A stretch of 64,000 nucleotides of DNA from an uncultured Planctomycetota bacterium (lineage in GTDB: Bacteria > Planctomycetota > Planctomycetia > Isosphaerales > Isosphaeraceae): contig CAWJTV010000033.1 in NCBI GenBank assembly GCA_963845755.1, positions 96,001-160,000 on the forward strand. Direction: 5' to 3'. Below are positions 62,781-64,000 of this stretch, one piece after another (within the stretch, counting starts at the first letter, position 1; each line of letters opens with the position of its first letter). The notes beneath the pieces were generated by a model that was not told where the DNA came from, searched no databases, and saw nothing but the letters and a program-made list of their open reading frames with translations. Made by a program: the position numbers and the translations under genes.

Positions 62781-63255
62781 GTTTTCCCGACACCGCGCCG
62801 ACGCCTCAGCGATCTTTCTAACACGGCATGCTTTTAGCGTTTAGGAAATGACGGCCGGTTGGGCGGCTGCGTCCGCCTCCATGACCGCGACGCCACCCGG
62901 GCTTCTCATACGACGCGCCTCCCATCCGTCAGGCGACCTGGCGTCTTATCTATTTCCTCACAATCGGGAAGATCCTATCTCGCGAACCAGGTGTCCAAGT
63001 CAAGTCAAGACGCCGATCTTGCTGGAATATTCTTCATGCCCTCATGACGTTGGGGAGGGCCGCATCGGGCCGATGATTCTGCCAGGAGAATGCAAGGACG
63101 ACGCCAATGGTTCACGGCCTCTGGGCCCAAGCGGGATGGCTTCCTTGCGTTGGCCGGCAGGGCATGATTCCCGCCAACATGGTCGGCGGGGTAGCCGTGA
63201 AAGGCTCAATTCCGATGACGAAGCGACGGTGACACGGCGACGAGCGGCGTGGGTC

Positions 63256-64000
63256 TCAGGGTTGCCTGGGCGCCCGATCGCCCCCCCCGATGAGGCGGTT
63301 GCCGACCCGGCCGTCAACCGTCTGGACCTTCAGGGGAAGGCCCCGTTCGATATCGATGTTCCGGACCGCGGTCTCGAACTGATCCAGGGTCGCGATTGGC
63401 AGATTGCCCACGGCGAGAATCTGCATTCCGGGCCGGAGTCCTTCCTGAAATGCCGGACTCCCGTTGACGACCTGATCGATCTCGACGCCGGCGCCGTTGC
63501 CGTCGGGGTCGGCCGCACGCGGCCGGACGCGGAATCCCAGTCCGAGCACCTCCGGAGCCGCCGGCAGCTCATCGATCGTCAGCGTGCTGGTCTGGGACTT
63601 CCCTTCGCGGTAGAAGGTCACCTGCGCCTGCGTGCCGGCGGGCAGGCTGGCGGCCAGGTTCCTCAGACTGGCCCGGTCGGCCACGTCACGATCGGCGAGT
63701 TTGACGATCACGTCGCCCGGCTTGAGCCCCGCCCGTTCCGCGGGGCTTCCCGGCTGCACCCCGCCAATCAGGGCGCCCTGGTTCGTGGGCAGGCTGAGCT
63801 GCCGGGCCAGGCCCGAATTGAGCGGGGCGAGCCGCACTCCCAGGTAACCTCGGGAGACCTTGCCATCCTTGATCAGGCCCTCCACCACCCGCCGCGCCAG
63901 CGCCGAGGGGATCGCCAGGCCGATCCCCTCATAGAAGCCGGTCTTCGACATGATCGCCGTGTTGATCCCCACGACTTTCCCGGAGAGGTCGATCAAGGGC
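63256..64000 (-). CDS. HtrA/DegP-family serine protease with two PDZ domains (partial; 5' part outside the window)
   Basis: PLIDLSGKVVGINTAI...GIGLAIP, RGYLGV, PGSPAERAGLKPGDVI and GSPAFQEGLRPG. Confidence 0.92.
   Translation of the reverse strand, partial: PLIDLSGKVVGINTAIMSKTGFYEGIGLAIPSALARRVVEGLIKDGKVSRGYLGVRLAPLNSGLARQLSLPTNQGALIGGVQPGSPAERAGLKPGDVIVKLADRDVADRASLRNLAASLPAGTQAQVTFYREGKSQTSTLTIDELPAAPEVLGLGFRVRPRAADPDGNGAGVEIDQVVNGSPAFQEGLRPGMQILAVGNLPIATLDQFETAVRNIDIERGLPLKVQTVDGRVGNRLIGGGDRAPRQP

Overview
High-GC bacterial DNA that most resembles Planctomycetota (Isosphaeraceae-like). The clues are a DUF4058-type gene, a planctomycete-type ECF sigma factor, a cytochrome-c/HEAT mosaic protein and an 'RRxLxxDRLE' extracellular leader; this is an inference, not a database result. 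Many genes, including essential dnaG, are split by 1-bp indels, so this looks like an unpolished long-read assembly, and the 'broken' genes are probably intact in vivo. Contents, left to right: (1) a hydroxyproline catabolic operon (1-4.3 kb) headed by an orphan AbrB-like gene; (2) two paralogous membrane proteins, a lipoprotein, a MarR/VOC pair and a 1,500-aa heme-c/QW-repeat/HEAT/discoidin protein; (3) an accessory region (about 13.9-32.6 kb) with IS630 and IS1182 remnants, a general-stress gene cluster, a PSD-family decarboxylase, a putative toxin-antitoxin pair, an integrase fragment, a HEAT-repeat protein and a five-gene SWIM/unknown/VWA/MoxR/DUF5682-like operon; (4) fatty-acid genes, DUF434, YbhB, lgt, an apparently two-gene (split) copper amine oxidase and a large metzincin; (5) a truncated ECF sigma factor, a PEP-CTERM-like protein, a ~2,770-aa Rhs toxin with a GIY-YIG-like tip plus its immunity gene, then a MITE, hairpins and IS3 debris; (6) core genes trpF, trxA, a zinc-ribbon protein, rpoD, dnaG and a partial HtrA. 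No rRNA, tRNA or CRISPR array was seen. The best candidates for an undescribed system are the PEP-CTERM/Rhs locus (shared domain and shared upstream motif), the MoxR-VWA-SWIM operon and the split amine oxidase.
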